Assembly: GCA_049510745.1 (NCBI GenBank)
Contig: JBEKYR010000028.1
Coordinates: forward strand, 1 to 64,000
Source: Verrucomicrobiota bacterium
GTDB taxonomy: Bacteria; Verrucomicrobiota; Verrucomicrobiia; Limisphaerales; Palsa-1400
Reading direction: 5' to 3'
DNA: 64,000 nucleotides
Shown here: positions 63,801-64,000 of the stretch, one piece after another
Layout of the letters: every line of letters begins with the position of its first letter
Position numbering within the stretch: the first letter of the stretch is position 1
Program-made: the position numbers and the translations under genes
Notes under the pieces: model-generated
What the model saw: only the letters and a program-made list of their open reading frames with translations
Told to the model about the DNA's origin: nothing
Databases searched by the model: none

Positions 63801-64000
63801 CGCAACGGCCAGCCGCTCGCCGGGGCCAGCAACCAATTGACCGTCAGTTACAGCGGGACGGTCCCGTCGCCGGTCGGGCACGTGGCCATCAATGAGATCA
63901 TGTACAACCCGTCCGTTGGCAACGCGCAGTACGTGGAACTCTTCAACAACTCCACCAATGTCGCCTACGATCTGTCCGGCTGGCTGTTGCAAGGCCTGTC
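57813..64000 (+). CDS. Very large secreted protein with PA14, Ig-like, lamin-tail domains and CotH-like kinase domain (3' truncated by window)
   Basis: Absent from the track (no stop in window). Own reading from ATG 57813: signal peptide, GADIWGTADQ..KAGVMFR, YTFWIASDD (PA14), VISEIMW/VINEI/VINELMY lamin-tail starts, CotH-like NWDS..QNLYGY..MWDFN near 63210-63305; same frame at all spots checked (60180, 62520, 63180, 63960). Confidence 0.87.
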   Translation, partial: METVQTLPPFPSNVPTSGGAWRLAGLRLSALVLLSLIFLLAGLPPARAGLPPGWSDTDIGAPADAGSASYSNGAWSVAGGGADIWGTADQCNFAGESFNCDGAVIAQVSSVQNTDPGSGWSKAGVMFRNDTTAGAVNAFMTATAGQGVSFQIRTAAGAASDNTQVSGVATPVWVKVVRSSDQFSGYYSVDGTNWTQVGSAATIEMGGAALAGLAVSAHNNAALNTSTFTNVGLTSPAFGIYRELWTNLNSSVGNTLAALTNTTDNPNWPNSPAASYTHVFTNFETEINTGMNYFGQRLRTFVVPPTNGLYTFWIASDDTSQLFLSTNENPAGMVPIASVTSWTDSENWTEYASQQSALINLQGGCRYYLEAQMQQGNGGENLSVRWQLPNLSFEQPMAAVSGAGTLLIPCNGVNTTPGIFAQSGATSVVENLNAVFSVLVTNQAPVTYQWFNAGVKLAGATLPVYILSNASIALNNGQIYTCVVSNSVAAITSAPITLTVLRDTVPPTVVEAFNVGPTNVEIVFSKPVAVTNATNIANYAFTNGVAITGASLAANNFTVMLTNAPLVNGSNYAIVINNIHDRASTPNIIATNTLASFTASPFAPQDIGGPAIPSTATYTGNGVTISSAGNYIGGNGDQCNFEYQLQTGNFDVTVCLAGLGLSDLWAQAGLMGRASLDAGSPFAAALATPGMVGDFFAARTATNGLAATSGSFPVNYPNTWLRLKRAANVFTGFGSYDGTNWTQLGAATIVMPSQIYLGLAVASHNTNQPTTAQFLDYETTPAGAVAAPAVNPHEPLGPSSRKTGIVISEIMWKPAPRTDGNNTEFLEIYNSNPFFQDISGYQVTCADMNYTFPANTLIPGGAFFVLAASPQGMANVYGLASNVFGPYNGSLKHAETLELLDEQSNVLLTVPYTDTYPWPVAADGTGHSIVLANPTYGEGDPRAWDISDTVGGSPGQLDTFHPSPLRSVVINEILPHSENPAVPQFIELYNHSTNSVSVSGCILTDDPATNKFVIPVGTLIAPGGFVSFSQTQLGFTLNPSGGTVYFIKPDGSRILDAVQYGAQADGVSYGRWPDGANDLYAFTTNTPGAHNSAILIGDVVINELMYKPISGNDDDQYIELYNKGTNTITLSGWQFTAGVTFTFPPNVTLASNGYLVVARNLTNLLAKYPNLNTGNTVGNYGGKLSHNGERVALAMPQSLYGTNTIYVVEDEVTFGTGGRWGEWSSGGGSSLELIDPRANHRLAANWADSDETQKSSWVDIECTGVLDNGSNYDASIDFAQIGLLDAGECLVDNIEVDYNGSNYVSNGTFESGLGLTNWSLQGCMVRSSLEHSGYQSSYSLHIRSSDRLWTGVNSCQVSLANTNLQPGQTATLRFKARWLRGWPEPLLRLNGNWLEATAAMPVPANLGSPGGPNSQYVTNAGPALYNVTHTPTLPAANQAVVVTAQAHDPDGIQSLTLYYRLDPATTYTAVAMNDKGTGGDAIAGDGVYSATIPGQAANQVVAFYIAATDSRGAATRFPALRTNDNEPVRECVVLFGDGAPGGSFGVYHLWLTQTNVTRWANLSDLSNEGSDCTFVNDTRVIYNMQGRFSGSPYHQEFDTPNGNLCHYKWEFNDDAKFLGATDFNKIHQPGNGPGDDASLQREQLANTFLRALGVPWLYKRYVAVYVNGNRRGTLMEDTQVPTTDVIKEHFPNDPDGHMYKMQPWFEMPPFPSGSSIAFDNQSWCNLMPYTTTGGVKKAARYRYSFEIRRTPDSDSNFTNVFSLVDAASSYGTPHYVANMENLANMENWMRVFAANHAAGNWDSFGCQNAQNLYGYIGALGTKYSLLMWDFNIVIGNSGSWGPGQSLFAVNGQDPNTQNIYNNPTFLRMYWRALEELVNGPLNTANSGPLLDAKYNAFTDNGLSVENPNTNIKLWLFQAQNSIASQLAAVNATNFTVNPSLTLSNNVAFVTGQAPVNVEAVWINGVAYPLTWTGLTNWTVTVPLTNGANHLSIVGVDRNGQPLAGASNQLTVSYSGTVPSPVGHVAINEIMYNPSVGNAQYVELFNNSTNVAYDLSGWLLQGL

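Overview
GC-rich bacterial chromosomal segment. The gene repertoire (DUF1501/DUF1549-DUF1553/PPC module, H-X-DG prepilin-like gene, STNL..W..FYR C-terminal domain, lamin-tail/CotH surface protein) suggests Verrucomicrobiota, probably Pedosphaera/Limisphaera-like; this is inference. Recognisable loci: a system II cytochrome c maturation operon (two-domain periplasmic protein, ResB-like, ccsA), split transhydrogenase pntAA-pntAB-pntB, tRNA-Ser(GGA), lpxD, a GltD-like flavoprotein with hypF...hypCDE, and a sulfur amino acid cluster cysK-OM barrel-metY-metX-metW. Also present are GH29 and GH43 glycosidases, a C10 cysteine protease, an AbiEii-type toxin pair and a >2000-aa secreted CotH-like protein running off the right edge. 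No CRISPR array, rRNA, integrase or transposase was seen. The most unusual signals are small palindromic elements: a 180-bp REP-doublet inserted in frame in a signal peptide, an 86-bp MITE-like element with an 8-bp flanking direct repeat upstream of metY, and a nested 41-bp inverted repeat. Other notable signals are AT-richer cassettes (one splits the hyp operon, one is bounded by a 15-bp direct repeat at the tRNA) and uncharacterised partner genes in the cytochrome maturation and sulfur operons. All family assignments come from motif recognition by eye; no database search was run.
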